Origin: Octopus sinensis
Lineage: Eukaryota
NCBI RefSeq assembly: GCF_006345805.1
Contig: NC_042998.1
Coordinates: forward strand, 107,694,001 to 107,758,000
Length of the DNA stretch: 64,000 bases
Reading direction: 5' to 3'
Part shown: in pieces, positions 1 through 15,300 of the stretch
Numbering within the stretch: the stretch's first letter is position 1
How the letters are laid out: every line of letters starts with the position of its first letter
Position numbers and translations under genes: made by a program
The notes under the pieces: model-generated
Told to the model about the DNA's origin: nothing
What the model saw: the letters and a program-made list of their open reading frames with translations, nothing else
Database searches by the model: none

Positions 1-2399
1 CTGTAGCTATAAACCAGTGGTGTTGGTGGTAGTTCTTGAGATGGTATTTATAATACACTGATATTGTTCCACAAGTATATTTGTAGTAAATGATAATAAT
101 GTACTATCAGAAATTTAGAAAACAATATTCAAAGTCCATATATAAAAAAAAAATAAAGTTTTGGTTTAGATTCCTTGAAAAATCAAAGGTAGCTGAAGAT
201 TTCATGTAAGCTAATGGTGATGATTCCATATTTTGGGGCTATAGTGTTCAGTATATATTTTAAACCACTTCTGTTGTTTCAATACCTGGATAAAATGTTA
301 GCCTAGCCCAGGTTTCCTCCCAGGGAGGAATTCAAAATTAGTATGGGAAGCAAAAAAAAAAAAAAAAATCAATCATAAAGAGTTCCAGCTTGTGTACAGC
401 AGTGAACTTCATTCCATCATGCCACTTATTAATATATATGTACATTGAGTAATTAAGTGTTAAATGTTTTTGCATAAGACAAAACTCATTGATGCTGTAG
501 CAATGTGAACTGTTGATCTTTTGGTTAGAAGACAGATTCCTCCTTATCATCACCACTAGAAAGATGTCAGTTGTACCCTAGCCTCACACAAACCCAAACT
601 GCGTTTCATCTCTGCTAATTTTCTTTATAATTTCATAATTTGGGCCATAAGTTTGATACTTAGTTGCTTCCTGGAGCTTCTCCTTTACCCTTGTAGCAGT
701 TTTATTAGAATTTCCGTATTTTGTCCTTTGTTTTTCCTGACCAAAATTAATCATTTAGCTAATGATTCATTCTTCTTGCTAAGAGTGTAACTTTTATTAA
801 TGAACATTTCTTGATTCACTGCACTAAGTATATTAGTACTAATTTTTTGTAGATTCCAATATATTGTATTTCAAGTCATTGAAACTGAAATTTTCTGATT
901 TGCAACTGGATGTATTCCATTTAGATAAAAAATATAACAGCGCAACAGTTTCATGTTTTATACACCTTTTGATTTCACTCCTTAGCCTTCTCCTTTTTTC
1001 TTTTTCTCTGCTGTAAGTCTGCCATTTGTCTCCAGTCTACATCTGCTTCCCATCAATACAAGTAATTGAGATGATCTATTGGTAGAAGGAAGGTTTTTTT
1101 CTTTTGTCTTCAACTTTTTGGAACTAAAACAAGGTGATCTCTACTATTTCCTAAGTTTGGACTGGGGATTCTGTGAAAACAACAACATAGGGTCTGGGGT
1201 TGTTGTAGCTGGTTCTCCTACTTTTCTACTTTCTCAGGTTCTAACTGCTGCATATTTAACAAATGAGCTTTCTGCTCTGTGTTGCCAATCTTACTGCACT
1301 CACAATGGGGCACAGTACTTGAAGGCCCTGAGTTTTGAGGGGTTGTTAGCACTTATAAGACCATACTGATTCTTTATGTCATTCTATATTACCTTTGCTC
1401 TTACTATCTGCTCATATTGTACTACAAAGGTGGCAATGAGCTGAGGGTTGATGAACCTGACTGTTACTCTTGCATGCATTGGCCAATGTATTGTGATCTG
1501 AGTCTTGGGGCAGGTGTGTTTCACACTACTTTGTTTTTTGCTTCATCTCACCCTCAGTCTTGAAAACCAAATAGATACTCCAATATACAGGTGATAGAAA
1601 CAACATATACTGGCTTGGCCCCTCTTTAAAAGATTCTTTGAGAGCAACTGAAAAATTTCCTGCATTTTTGAAACAGAAATTGCTTACTCTCCTCCTCCCT
1701 CACTTCTGGATAACTGTCACAAGTTAGGAAGTATTTGATTCGGTCACATATTTTGTGTCATATCATCCTTTATTTCACAAGTTGCCACATATTCAAAATT
1801 TCCTTGCTCAGAAATTTTTGTTGCTATTTTTCTGCTAGATTTTGTAATATACTGTTTGTGTTTGGCATGATATGAGTTGTGCTTTCCAGTGAAAACCTCA
1901 CTTCTTCCTGCTTATTATGTAAAGATCAAATATTTATGTTATCGTGTTTATGACTTGTTTTTCTTTTTTGTTGAAGTTCTGGAAATACTGCTTTTGTCAC
2001 TATGTTTGAAATGCCAGACAGTAAATAAAAAATTGGTGAATTAAATTCTTGTTTTTTCTCCTCAAATGAAGAGAAAAAAACTATCAGTAATAAATACCTA
2101 CTTGCTATAAATGCAGTTCAAACAAAAAATCCTGCTCAATGTGTAATCAGATGAATATTTTGAAATCAGATGAGTAATATGAAGCGAGTCTTGCCAAAGT
2201 AAAAGAACAGCAACGATAGCAACAATTGTTTCCAATTTACACAAGGTCAGCAATTTTAAGGAATAGGGGTTAGTCATATACTTGACTGCTACTATATTTT
2301 ATTGATCCTGAAGGGATGTAAAGCAAAGTTAGTCTTAATGGGATTTAAACTCACAACATAAAAAGCTAGAATGAGAGTTACAAAGTATTCTTCTGATAC

Positions 2400-2800
2400 A
2401 CAAACATCATCATAAAGTGTCGTTCTTTATACTGGCATATTTTGTCTGTTTTGGCATGGTTTCTATGGCTGGATGCCTTTCCTAATGCCAACTACTCTAC
2501 AGAGTGTACAGAGTGCTTTTATGTGGCACTGACACAGGTGCTTTTACATGGTACTGTCATGAGTGCTTTTACATAGCATCAGCACCCACAAGCTCCCAAA
2601 AACTAGGACCTCTCAGTTGAGAGAGGGACATAAAGAGTACGCCTGTATGTATGACCATGTAGCTTGACATGTATTCTCATACACAGCAAACAGCCAGCAG
2701 TCTCAGTCCCTTGTCATCTCCTTTGTGAGGCCCAAAGTCTGAAGGTACTGTCTCACTGCATTGTCCCATGTATTCCTGGGTCTCTCCCTTAAATAATACT
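2400..2800 (-). mobile_element. RTE 3' tail fragment, minus strand
   Basis: catcatcat, ggctggatgcctttcctaatgcca, gtgctttt..gtggcac units. Confidence 0.65.
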
Positions 2801-3085
2801 GAGGATTTCTAGATAATGCACAAGGTCACAATTTTGGCAGGTAGAAACAACCGATGAAATTGATTCCAGTACTATACTTTATCTGCTCCCTGAATGACAA
2901 TGGCAATACATATTAAAAGGAAAATTTCTAAAACTGAGACTCAGCCACAAATTTGGTGGAAGGATACAGTTGACTGTAATGACTCTTGACTTTCAAAGTG
3001 AATACAGAATGTAAAGTTGTATCATTTTCAGCTAAATATGAGCCAAGAACTTTTCAGCAAACCCTCATAAATATCTTTTACTTAC

Positions 3086-3310
3086 TGTTACAATCTTTTC
3101 ATATCTGATTCGTATATGTGTAGATTTGGTGTCACAAGAACTTTTTGAAAAGGAACGACTGAACAATGTCAAGATCTTGCTATAAGTGGTGCAAAACTTT
3201 TTGTAGGTGTTAAACAAAGCTTTGCGTTCATGCTTCACTTCCATAATTCCTTTCTCTACTTCTCTGGACCATAAATATAGGACACCAAGTTGACATATTT
3301 GAGTTGGATA
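3086..3310 (-). CDS. Dynein HC exon AB (last found in window)
   Basis: actacag|...|gtaagt; 225 nt; YPTQICQLGVLYLWSREVEKGIMEVKHERKALF...IRIRYEKIVT. Confidence 0.94.
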
Positions 3311-3331
3311 CTGTAGTAATGAAAAAAATTA

Positions 3332-3366
<35 letters not shown>

Positions 3367-6300
3367 TATATCATCTTCATTTAATGTCTGTCTTTTATGC
3401 AGGCAAGAGTTAAACAATTCAACAGGATCTGAGGAATCAGAGGACTGTATTGAGCACCAATGTCTACTTTGGTGCACTTTCTACAGCTGGCTGCTTTTCT
3501 TAATGCCAATACATTATAAAGCATACTGAGTATTTCTTACATGGCACCAACAATAGTGAGGATGTCATGTAACTTACAAGACTAAAAATCCCTTTGACTG
3601 AGAGGGACTATAGTAGAGAGGCTAATTGTAATGCATTATTTCAGGGTGGGTGGGAGTAATTGGGGTTGAACTGGAAAAAAGAGATAAAAATGGTTGTGAG
3701 ATGTAAGAGTGTACCCTTATGGTACATGGTGAACAGAAGACCAAGAGTGGGTAAAGTTTGCATGAATGTCAGATGAGAGTGAAAGATGAAGGTAGGAATG
3801 AATGTAGTGAATGGTAAACAAAGGTGGTAGTTGAGGGTGAAGAGCAGCAGAATAATAAAATAATTATAGATTGGATAAGCATGTTAGACAAGGAGATGAC
3901 GGAAGTGGAGGATTTGATAAAAGCAACAAAAGTGTGGGGGGAGAGAGAGAGGGAAGAGGGAATGAGAGATGGTTAGTGATAGGGATAAACAGAATGGTAA
4001 AGAAAGGTGAGAGATGGTGGCTAATGGTAGATATAAGCCGACATAAAGAATGAGGTATGAGTGTCAACAGGCTGTCATTCAGGGACAGGGAGAGATAACT
4101 GGTTGCACAGAAAGGAAGGGTGATTGGTGGAAACTAAGAGATGGGAAAGATGATATGAATGAGGGATGAATGCCACAAGGAAGTGGTTCTAGGCAAAGAA
4201 AGAGTTAACTGGTATCACAGAAAGAGGATGAAACATGTTCAACTTTCATTCAATTGCAACAACAAAATAACTCAGTAGATTAGAAAAGTGATGGAGGGAT
4301 AAGTTAAAGTGGGGTGAGATGGTGGCGAAGGCTTGATAGGGACAAATTAGGCATGGACATAGTCGTGTGCATATGCACAATGCTTTTAGAAGCTCATATA
4401 TGTTGTGATCTGTGGTCATCTCAAGTATAGCATATCACTAAGCTCCTTGGTTCTTTGTCATCTCCTCTCAAGGTTCAGTCTATGCATATTGTATGAGTGG
4501 TGCAAACAGCATAGACGCTGCCTCTTGTATATAACACAAGTACGAACAATCTGCACTCACAGAAAGTAGTATATACATTTAGTGCTCATATTTATCTCAG
4601 TAGCAAGGTTTCAAACTACTATGTTACTATACACACACACACACACACCTATTTAAAACCATTTACCTTAGCAATGAATTCTTCAAGATTTGTAGCTTGA
4701 GTAATTTCTTGGATGGCATTAAGACTCATCTTACCAATTGTATCATGAATAGTATGCTTCAATTCATTAAGCCACCATTCCACGCTATGGCATACAGGAA
4801 CCTATACACAGAAAATATTTAGACAAAGATAGACAAATATATGGATAAATAGACAGATAAACATATGGCTCGGTATATATTACTGATAGAGTCTGTTGAG
4901 ATTGAACAGTTTCCCTGTTGTCCTATATCTTATTGACCCCTTCAGGGCAATTTTTAAAAGCTATTTGAAAGACTATTGCAAATATATAGCAAAAAGTGTA
5001 TGAGCAGGAATATCACCTTGCTTTACACCATTTTCTACGAAATTGGATCTGATAAGGTACCTCCAACATTAACTCTCACTTCCATCTTGTCATGAAATTG
5101 TCTAAGCATTCTCACAAATTTTTCAAGGCATCCTAGCTTTTTCAGGATCTCCCAAAGTGCTATTCTGTTGATATAATCAAACGCTTTTGTTAGGTCAATG
5201 AAAACCTGGTATAAGTCCATATCCTGTTCGATGCACTTCTCTTGCAACTGTCTAGCCAAAAATATCATATCCATAATACTCCTACTATCCCTAAACCCAC
5301 ATTGCGATTCTGGTAGAACATCATCAGCAATGTGCAGAAGCAATCTATCCAACATTACCCTACAGAGGACCTTTCCAGCAACAGCTAACAGACAGATTCC
5401 ACGATAATTATCACAGACATCCTTTCCATCTTTAGATTATATAGTACCTCCATAGTTGCATCACGCCAATCCGGAGAACCTCTTCACTTTGCCAAACCAT
5501 CTGAATCACATCCATCAACATTACACAAAGATGATCACCACTGTATTTATATATCTCTGCACCAAGTCCATCCATACCAGGGGCCTTTCCATTGTTCAAA
5601 TTTCTGATTGCTGCTTTTATTTCAGCCAGGTTTGGAACTTCTGCTATAAGATGTTTTATTGGTCTCTTGGGTATATTATCAAGAAAAGAGAGATCAACTT
5701 CAGTGGATCTATTGAGCAACTCATCAAAATGTTCTTTCCATCTCACAACAATATCTTTAGGATTGGTTAATAATTCTGTGCCATCCTTGCTCCAAAGTGG
5801 CAGAACCTTTGATGAAACTGGTCAATAAACTTTTTTCAAGAGAGAGTAAAAAAGTTTGGAATTGTTAACATTTGAAGCTTCTTGGATTTCATCACATCTA
5901 TCACTCCACTAATTTTCCGGAATCATTCGTAGTTTCCTCTGCACTGTTGCTTTTACTGCCTTGAAATATGTAGCCCCTGTTCTGTTTGTTGACATGTCAA
6001 CATTTTGCAATATGTTAAATGCTTTTCGCTTTTCCTCTAAGATAAGATTAACTTCTTCATCATTATCATCAAACCAATCTTGGTGTTTTTTTACAACAAA
6101 GCCAAGAATGTTATTACAAATCTTGTACACTCTTTCTTTGAATGACTTCCAGCTTCCATCACAGGACAACTTATTTATCTCACTCACAAACTCACTGCAT
6201 ACTGACAGAATCTTCAGTTTATTGACATCAATTCGTTTAGGTAATTTGTCATTATTTGCTCTAACCTTAGGCTTGACAACAAAATTCACCTTGGCACACA

Positions 6301-9300
6301 AAAGCCAATGATCAGTCCAGCACTCTGCACCATGCATCACTCTTACAACAACAAAGTCCATAGTATCTCGTTTCCTGGTGAGGATGTAATCTATAAGATG
6401 CCATTTCTTAGAACCAGGGTACATCCATGTTGTTTTATACTTATTCATTAGTTGAAACATTGTATTCATGACACACAATTCCATCTCTATGCACATTTGT
6501 AACAGTAGCAAACCATTACTGTTGGAACTCCCAACCCCATGCTTTCCTAGGTCTCCCAATCTACCAATGCGAGCATTGAAATCACCCAAAATGACAACTT
6601 TGTCATCATGGGGGATATGGCGTATAATCTCTGCAATGATAGATAGAAGGCAAGTTTATCATCCTCTGATGAATTCAAAGTTGGAGCATATGCACTTATG
6701 AGTGTTGCATAGCAACCATTTCTTAATGGAAGTCTTAAAGACATTAAATGATCCGAATGACCACATGGTAGTTCCTCAAGTTTTGAAGCCAGAGTGGTTT
6801 TGATAGCAAATCCCACTCCTGATTCTCCTTTATAGGTCTCCTCTCTACCGCTCCAAAATAAATGATACCAAGCAAATTTCTCTATGAAATTCCCCTTTCC
6901 ATGAATTCTTGTTTTGGCTAACGCTACAACATTCATATCCTATTGCTTAATTCTTTTGCAACAAGTGTGGATCTTCTCATTGGACAAGATTTCAGACAAT
7001 CATTGTCTAATAACATTCGAACATTCCAACATCTTATATTCATAGGCTTGCATCTTAACTTGAATTTACTCACAGCTGAATTTACTCGAATTTACTGGAC
7101 CAGATCCAGGCTGTAGTGCCCTAGGACACCTGCTGGGCCAGACCACAGAACAAAATGTTCCAGAGCCCTTTTTGCCATTTGATTCACTATCAATATAAAC
7201 TTTCATTGTTTAGATGTGGCTTTCTAAGCTTCGGCCAGCCATGTACATACAAGATGTCCATTTCTTTTCCTCTCCAGCAATACCTGTGCTTGACACTTTT
7301 TAAAGTGAGGAAAAGTTTTGCACAGCAACCATTCCCACTCTCTAAACTACAAAGCATGATCCCCAAAAAGAAAGCAAGTTAACATCATTGGGTGCATTTG
7401 CAGTTGCAGGTTTTATATCAGAGTGTCTTTCTCCCAGTCTTTGCCCAAACAAAGGCTAACTACAGCAGTGAAGTATTTGAATTCAGAGTTACTTTCTCCT
7501 AGATAGACTGCCTTCGCCATGGCTTGGGTAAACAAAGGAGCTCTATCTACCCCTCATCTATTTATTAAAAAACAAAACCTGAAATAAGAGAAATAAATAC
7601 AAATTAAAAATTGAGATAAAACTGAGTAAAATTAAAAATAAAACTGACATACAATATATACAATTTAAAAACACAATATACAATATGTACACACACATGC
7701 AGAAATACAATATATACAATACACACACATGCACACAGAGTTTAAAATGCAATATATACAATACACGCATTCCAAAAACATGTAGTTGAATGGCCGTTGA
7801 CCTCGTTGTAGTTCCTCTGCCCTTTTATGGGTCTTATCTTTTGTCCTGCAGGGTGTTCAACAAGCACCCACCTCACCAAGCAAGCCTGGTGGAGTTGCTA
7901 GTTTAGTCGCCGATGACCTTACCATAGAAAAGGTTGTACTGGAATACATAGTACATACATACATACATATATGCATATATGATGCATGTGCATTCACACA
8001 TATACATACATGCATACATACACATATAAACACACACACACAAACATACATACTTACCTACATACATAAACACATATATCTCATGAACTAACAGTTACTT
8101 TCTCAGATGCAATACAAAGTTTTGTCAGTGAACAGGCTGTGGTTTCAAAGCAACGAAAATATTTTTTGACACAAATGAAATTTAAGTGCTGAAGTGAAAC
8201 TAACAGTTTTCGTGTGTTTTTGAATGGCTTACAAACATCTTCCATGCTGCATTCTTTCTACTATCATCAGGACATTTTATACCATGACGACAAAAGCATC
8301 ACATTTTGTATATGACTGTGTGTCTGTCTGTGAGTGCATGTGTATGAGTGTGTATATATCTCATAGTGTGTGTGTCTTTCTGTGTTAGGTATGTTATTAA
8401 GTACACGCATCTACACATACATATACATATGTGACGACTGACTACGATGACATCACATTTCGTATACGACTGTGTCTATCTGTGAATGTGTGCGTGCGAA
8501 TGTATGAGTATGCATATGTCTCACAGTGTATGTGTGTCTCTCCATGTTAGTTATGTTATTAAACACATCTATGTATGTGAGGGCTGGTCAGTGTCAATAC
8601 GAAATTTTATTTTCATTTCCATTATTTTCATTTTGATTAAAATAATCTAACATTTCATAGAGATAATCTTTCTATTGTCAACAGGACATTTTATAATGAC
8701 AGCTACATCACATTTTGTATATGCCTGTGTATCTGTCTTTGAGTGTATGTAAGTGCACGAGTGTGTATGTCTTTCTGCATTAGGTACATTATTAAACATA
8801 CACACATGTACACATACATATTCATATGTAATGGTATGTTATTAAACACACACATGTACACATACATATACATATGTGACGACTGAGAACATGCATGAAT
8901 GTATCATTTGCTTATATTTCATTAATTTATACTGCATACAAAAATACAGACATACTATACACTTTCCATGTGGTAAGCCATTATGCTTTATTTTTTCAAG
9001 TAATTCATTACTGCAATTTTCCATAGTAGGTCAGGGCATGGAATCCTCCAAACAGATGTATTACATGTCACTTAGTTGAATTAGACCATCATTTACTCCA
9101 CAAATGTTTTGTTGTCAATGGTGCACTTTCCCATATCACCTGTTTCAACATAACTGTAATATGTATTACAGACTATACCAGTTTAATTGCAAGCAATGCC
9201 AGGTTAACTCTGCTAGTCTGATATATAGATTGAATTTGATCAAGGAAAATGTTTATGCCTAATAGATCAGAGTGGGAAAATTTAACTTTAATATTGATGA

Positions 9301-12300
9301 AACTATAATGTAAAGAATCAATAAATAAAAATTATTAAACTATACTTGAGAAAATGTGACGATGCTTTCTTCTTACAAGGCAATGTCCTACAATACATTA
9401 CACTGGTAATGTATTGATATACATTACCAGTGCTTATATCAATATTTGGGATGTTGTACCTAACTAAAGAGGAAACCTATTCCATTGACACCAAACTTAT
9501 AAGAGTCTAACATGAACTGGAAATGGAAGAAGAGGCATAAGATCAGTCAATACAGCTTTTGAATGTCATATGGTATCACTGAAGCAACATCTGTTAAATA
9601 ACAGCAGTAAAACAAATGCAGTAACCAAGTGTTTAGAGGGAAGGGAAAGAGAGAGGAACATTTTGTGTGTTTTGAATAAATTGCTTAAGAAACATTCAAT
9701 GACTAATAATATATCATGTGATCCCAGAACTGCTAGAAGAAATAGCTTTATCAAGAGTATTACAACTGTAAATTTGAGAATGATTGCTTCATTACACCAC
9801 AACCTAAAGGTTACAAAGAAATAGATACAAAATATCTGATGAACAAAAGAGACGATAAACCCTTAAATTGTCAACAAAGGTGTTGAATCATGTTTCTATG
9901 GAAAATATCCATATAATCAGCAATTATCCCAAGACATCACAAAAGTAAAAACCTTTCTATGTGATATCATCATCTTGTTTAAACAATATACAATGCCATC
10001 CATAGAAAAGGTTAACAGGGAGTAAATATAAAAACAATTTCCATGTTGATTATTTTATAAATTGCAATGCTAAGAATATTGGTGTGGCATTGTCATCAAA
10101 GCCTCTGCTTACAAATACAACTGGCTTAATATAGTTGTTTGGAATAAAAAAAAAACAATCATGTACTGCTGTGGAGGTCAATTGTCAATTGTCAAGCAGA
10201 TGTGAACATTTATTCAAAATCAAACCTACAGCTTTCCTGTACAATTGACAAATATATATATTTGGACTAATAATTATTAGTGCACCTGGCTGTTTCAAGC
10301 AAAGGAAAGCGTTATCTAATCTGTATTTTGAAAATTCAATCAGTAGGTGGAACAGTGAAAATATGCAAGATTGAATGAATGTTGATGTATAAATGCCAAA
10401 AACGCAGCTATGGTGTTTAGTTAAGTAACTGTCACTTTATGAGAAGAATTCAAAAGAATAAAGTAAATATATGAAAATATATGCCCACACAACACACCCA
10501 CATATTTTCTGGAAATAGAGGCTAAATTGTTCTCAAACAAACTTTATTTTAAAAAATGGAATACATACTGAATAACCTATTCATTGCCCGAAAATAAGAT
10601 AGGATAGTCATGGATGTTCAATTAGAGTAAAACAATAAAAAATGCATACATACATGTGTGTATGCATATGTGTTTCTATGTGAGTGGTGTGTATGTGTGT
10701 GCATATATACATATAAAAACATAAATAAGTACCTTTTTATTTAATAATAATTTTTCCCCATCAACACTTTTTACAGCTATCATTTGTATTTCAGCAGTTT
10801 CTCTCAGTTTGATTTCTTGACTTAATTCAGGCTTCAAAAAATAAAAAAAATGATAAGAATAATAATGGTTTCAAACTTTGGTATAAGACTAATTTCAGGA
10901 AAAGAAGGAGGATATTAGCTAATTATATCGACCACAAATACTTAGACTGGTATATTTTATCATCCTCAAAAGAATGGAAAGTAAAAAGTTGGAGCAAATA
11001 TTGCAAGGCATTTTCCCAATACTCTAATAATTTGGCAATAATGAGAATGATGATTATTCTAAAGACTAAATTTATAACCAACTAGACCTATGAGCAAATT
11101 AAGAATTAAGTAAAGCTTATGAGTAAAGCTCACGTTTGTAGGTTCAGTCCCACAGCATGGACCTTGGACAAGTGTTTTCTGCTATAATCTTGGGCCAACC
11201 AAAACCTTGTAAGTGAATTTGGTTGAGGGACATTGAAAGAAGTCAGTATACAGATGTGTATGTTTGTGTGTGTGTGTGTCCATCTTTGTCGTGACATCTA
11301 GTGATAATTATAAATAGGTGTCACTGTGATACAAGCAGAGTCATACTGCATAAACTTGTTTAGTCATGTGGAAATATTACTTTGCATGGAAACAAGTGAG
11401 AGTTGGTGAGAAGAAGAGCAGCAGGCTGTAGAAGATCTGCTTCAATAAATCCTGTCCAACTCATGCAAGTATGAAACAGTGAATATTAAAATGATAATTA
11501 ATATATGTAGAAGGAAGCTGTGGAAGAGGGAGATCCAGGAAGACATGGGACAAGGTAGTGAAGCATGATCTTTGAATGTTGGGCCTCATGGAGGCAATGA
11601 CTAGTGACTGAGACCTGAGATATGCCATGCTGGAGAAGACCCATCAAACTAAGTGAAATCACAGTTGTGGCCATTTTTAGTGTCACATAACTGGCACTCA
11701 TGCCAGTGGCACATGAAAAGCACCTTTTGAGCATTGGGCCTCAAAGAGGCAAAGTGGCCGATGCCGGTGACATGTAAAAAGCACCTTCTGAGCACTTGGT
11801 CTAAGGAGGCAATGACAAATGACCAAGGCCTTTGGTAATATGCTGTGTTTGTGAAGAAGTCCCATCAAGCCAAGTGAAATTGTAGTCATGACAGATACTG
11901 GCACCTGTACTGGTGGCACATAAAAGCACCCATTATACTCTGAGAGTGGTTGGCATTAGGAAAGACATTCAGCCATAGAAACCATGTCAAATCAGACTGG
12001 AGTCTGGTGCAGCCCCTCAGCTCATGCCAGCATAGACAACGGATGCTAAATGATGGTGATGATGATATAAAAGCACCTAGTACAAAGCCAAAACAGACTA
12101 TGGAACCTGGTGCAGCCCCTGGCTTTGTCAATTCCTGTCAAACTGTCCAACTCTTTTCCTTTCTGACAAAGAGCCATGCTTAAAATGTCAAATGCCCTCT
12201 CGTTTTACCAAGCATTGAATTAATACATTCCATGTACAGGTCCTCTTGTTGTTTTGTTATTGTTATTTTTAATGCTCAATTATTTGATTTGAATACACAC

Positions 12301-15300
12301 ACACACACACACAGGCATTTATAATGGTCACACTGAGGAAATGGGCTATGAAAGATGCCTAAATAATGAATTTTTGGTGAGTGAAAAAGACATCAGTTTA
12401 TACATGTAAAGAATAAAACTTAGCTACATTATGAAATGTATAAATTTTAAAATTTAAATTTTAAAATATGTAGTCAAGTTAAATTAAATTATATAATTAA
12501 GTTCTTATTAAAATACTATCATAATTTTATATCCAGTTTCCCCATGCTGGGCAAGTTTTCTGTGTAAGTTTCCTGAGGCAGAGCAATACACTTGGATGCT
12601 CTTCTTGTTGTTAACCCTTTAACTCAGCTCTTAGAACATGTGGAGACAGTATGCTTTCATGAATAAGATAAAAAGTGATATTTTCTTACAGTTGTAAAAA
12701 TTTCTGTATTTTGGTCAAATTGTATATCTGAAGCTGCAGATTCTGATAAAATTTCTCTTCTTTTTTCAATTACTTCAGTTTCTATTTCATGGACATATCC
12801 AAATAAAGATCTGAAGCAAAAAATATATTTTACCATCTTCAACAACACAACTTCATTAATAATTGTTATATTTGTAGGATAAGCCTGCACATTTGGTCTT
12901 ATACAATATTATATTGTGGATAGTGAAACAGTGTGTTAAACAACCTTTATGAAATTCATGCATATTTAAACACACACACAATAAGCTTCTTTCGATTTCC
13001 ATCTACCAAATCCAATAACATAGTTCTAATTGGCCTGGGACTATAGCAAAAGATGCTTGCCCAAAGTGTTACACAGTGGGACTGGATCTAAATCCATATG
13101 GGTGTGAAGCAAACTTCTTATCCATACAGCCATACTTGCATCTATATGTGTGTGTTTGTATAACATCATGATTTTATGCATGTTTTCTATGCTGGTATGT
13201 GTTGAAAAGGTCATCATGATATGAGTCAGTTCTTATTCAAAGATACTGCTTTCCTACACATCTAACACCTTGCAGTTTTGGCTTGCTTTCCAGGACAGGA
13301 TGCCCTTCCTAAAAAAGACACAAATTTACACAGTGCACTTGGTACATTTTATCATGGCACTAGTATTAAAGATGTTATGTCCTCAACCAAACTATAAGGT
13401 TCACTTTACTGAGTGTTGCAATTTATTTCACAGAGTGTACTCAGTGGCACCAGGGTTAGTGACGTTGACTTGTACCCCACAAGACTAAAGAGTCCCCACT
13501 GCTTTATGTTGTGTTCTTCCACTCAAAGCATACACTGAAATGATGAATACAAGAGAGACCGAAGATAAAAGAAAAGCCAACTGGGTGGAGTGAGTGAGAG
13601 TATGATAGCAGAAAGAGAGTGATGAGAGCAGTAGAGAGCGAGAGAGAGTGAGAGAGAGAAATGGACAATGGAAAGATCAAGTGATGGAAGAGTGTATCGA
13701 GTACAAAAAGATCCAATGCAATCCTTTATACATAGGTTCCATAGTGGATGACAGAAGTGGAATGATAAGAATGATAGTATGTGGAGACTGAATATAGATA
13801 TGTGAGAAGGATGGGGTTAGACAGGTTTAATGCCATCCCAAATTATACAGGTAGTATGGTACAGTGAAATTGGTTGTGTAGTGTAGTGGACAGACAAGGA
13901 GAATGAGCATTAGAAAGAGATGAGTGATAAGGAAATGAGATGGTAGATGGTATCAAACAAGCAGGGGAAGAAGCAGATGTAGACTTAACTGGAGAAATGT
14001 AGATACCTGGAGAGAAGAAAAGCAAGACATTTTGGAGTTTTGGAGTATCACATTAACAAACAAAATGCTCAGGACATCTAAATCTGATGTTTCTAGATAG
14101 CTTGCTTTTTGTCAAATTAAATGATAAACAGGGAGATGCAACAGATAAGGAGCAGACACACATGCTATTTTCACAGTTTAATATCTTTAACAAAATAAAA
14201 CTATCAACTCACTTTGAGTAACCTCTCATATCAGTTGTTGATGCCCCACTACCTTTGTCCCCAACTCACTGTAGCCATCATTATGTACTTCTTAACTCCA
14301 TCTCTGAACTTTGGAATTTCCTTCCACCGTCTTGTTTTCCTCTTCAATATGACCTCCAGTCTTCTAAGTCTAACGTTCACCATCACCTATGGACTTCTGT
14401 CTAGCATCCATTTTATTCCAGTAGCTCTTATGTTTTCAGTGGTCTAAGGACCTTGTAACAAGTGAATGCTTAAAAAAAAAAACTCTCTCTCTCTTTTCAA
14501 CTCATCATCTAATCTAGCTACAGATTTATTATACAGTGGCTCTCCACTTGTCTTGTACTAGCACTCATTACCTCCTTCCTGAGTTATTTCTTTTACCTTC
14601 CTTTTACCATTCACAACTACCCCCAATTCTAATCTCTGTTACTCTCTTCTAACACTCCTACAAACTAAAGGTCACACTACAATGACTTTACTGATACCAA
14701 CTATCTTACCTATGCCTGTCTCTGGATGGGGAGTGTCAATGAGGTGTTTTGCAAGCCATATTGCTCCTAACAATCTGCATATGCAATACTCACTTCCTTT
14801 TTGTTTTAATAGCCAGTGATGGCATTCCTGATATAAGTCAACAGCAATCAATTTTGCTCAATGTGACCCAAAAAATTTGTTCATTTAAAATTCGTTTGAA
14901 TGACTGACAATGGACACTTATTATCTCCCTCTAATAGTCAACACAGGGCACTGAAGCTTACTACCTGACTCCTACAACTTAGCTATGAATTGTCAGCTGT
15001 AAAATAAATAATAAATGGTATCAAAGATTAATGGTATGGAAATATAACAATAATTACCCCAAAATAGGCAATATTGATTCCAAAGATTGCGGACAACTTA
15101 GCGTTGCTAAGAGAACTGGGTTTGATAGAAAGAAGAAACGGGGAAATTGCATTCTTTTCTTTTCTAAGTAGTTTCCAAGTGATCTAGAGCAAGATTCTAG
15201 ATCTTCCTGTATATGTAGCAGCACAGATTTAAGTTGCATTTCTCCACAGCAGGCCTTAAAAAGAAAAGAAAGATTGTTTTGAATTTAATTTTGATCAGAC

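Noticed and set aside
1100-1560. Possible decayed LINE ORF1 on the minus strand, and plus ORF 1079-1369
   Set aside because: No diagnostic motif could be read with confidence
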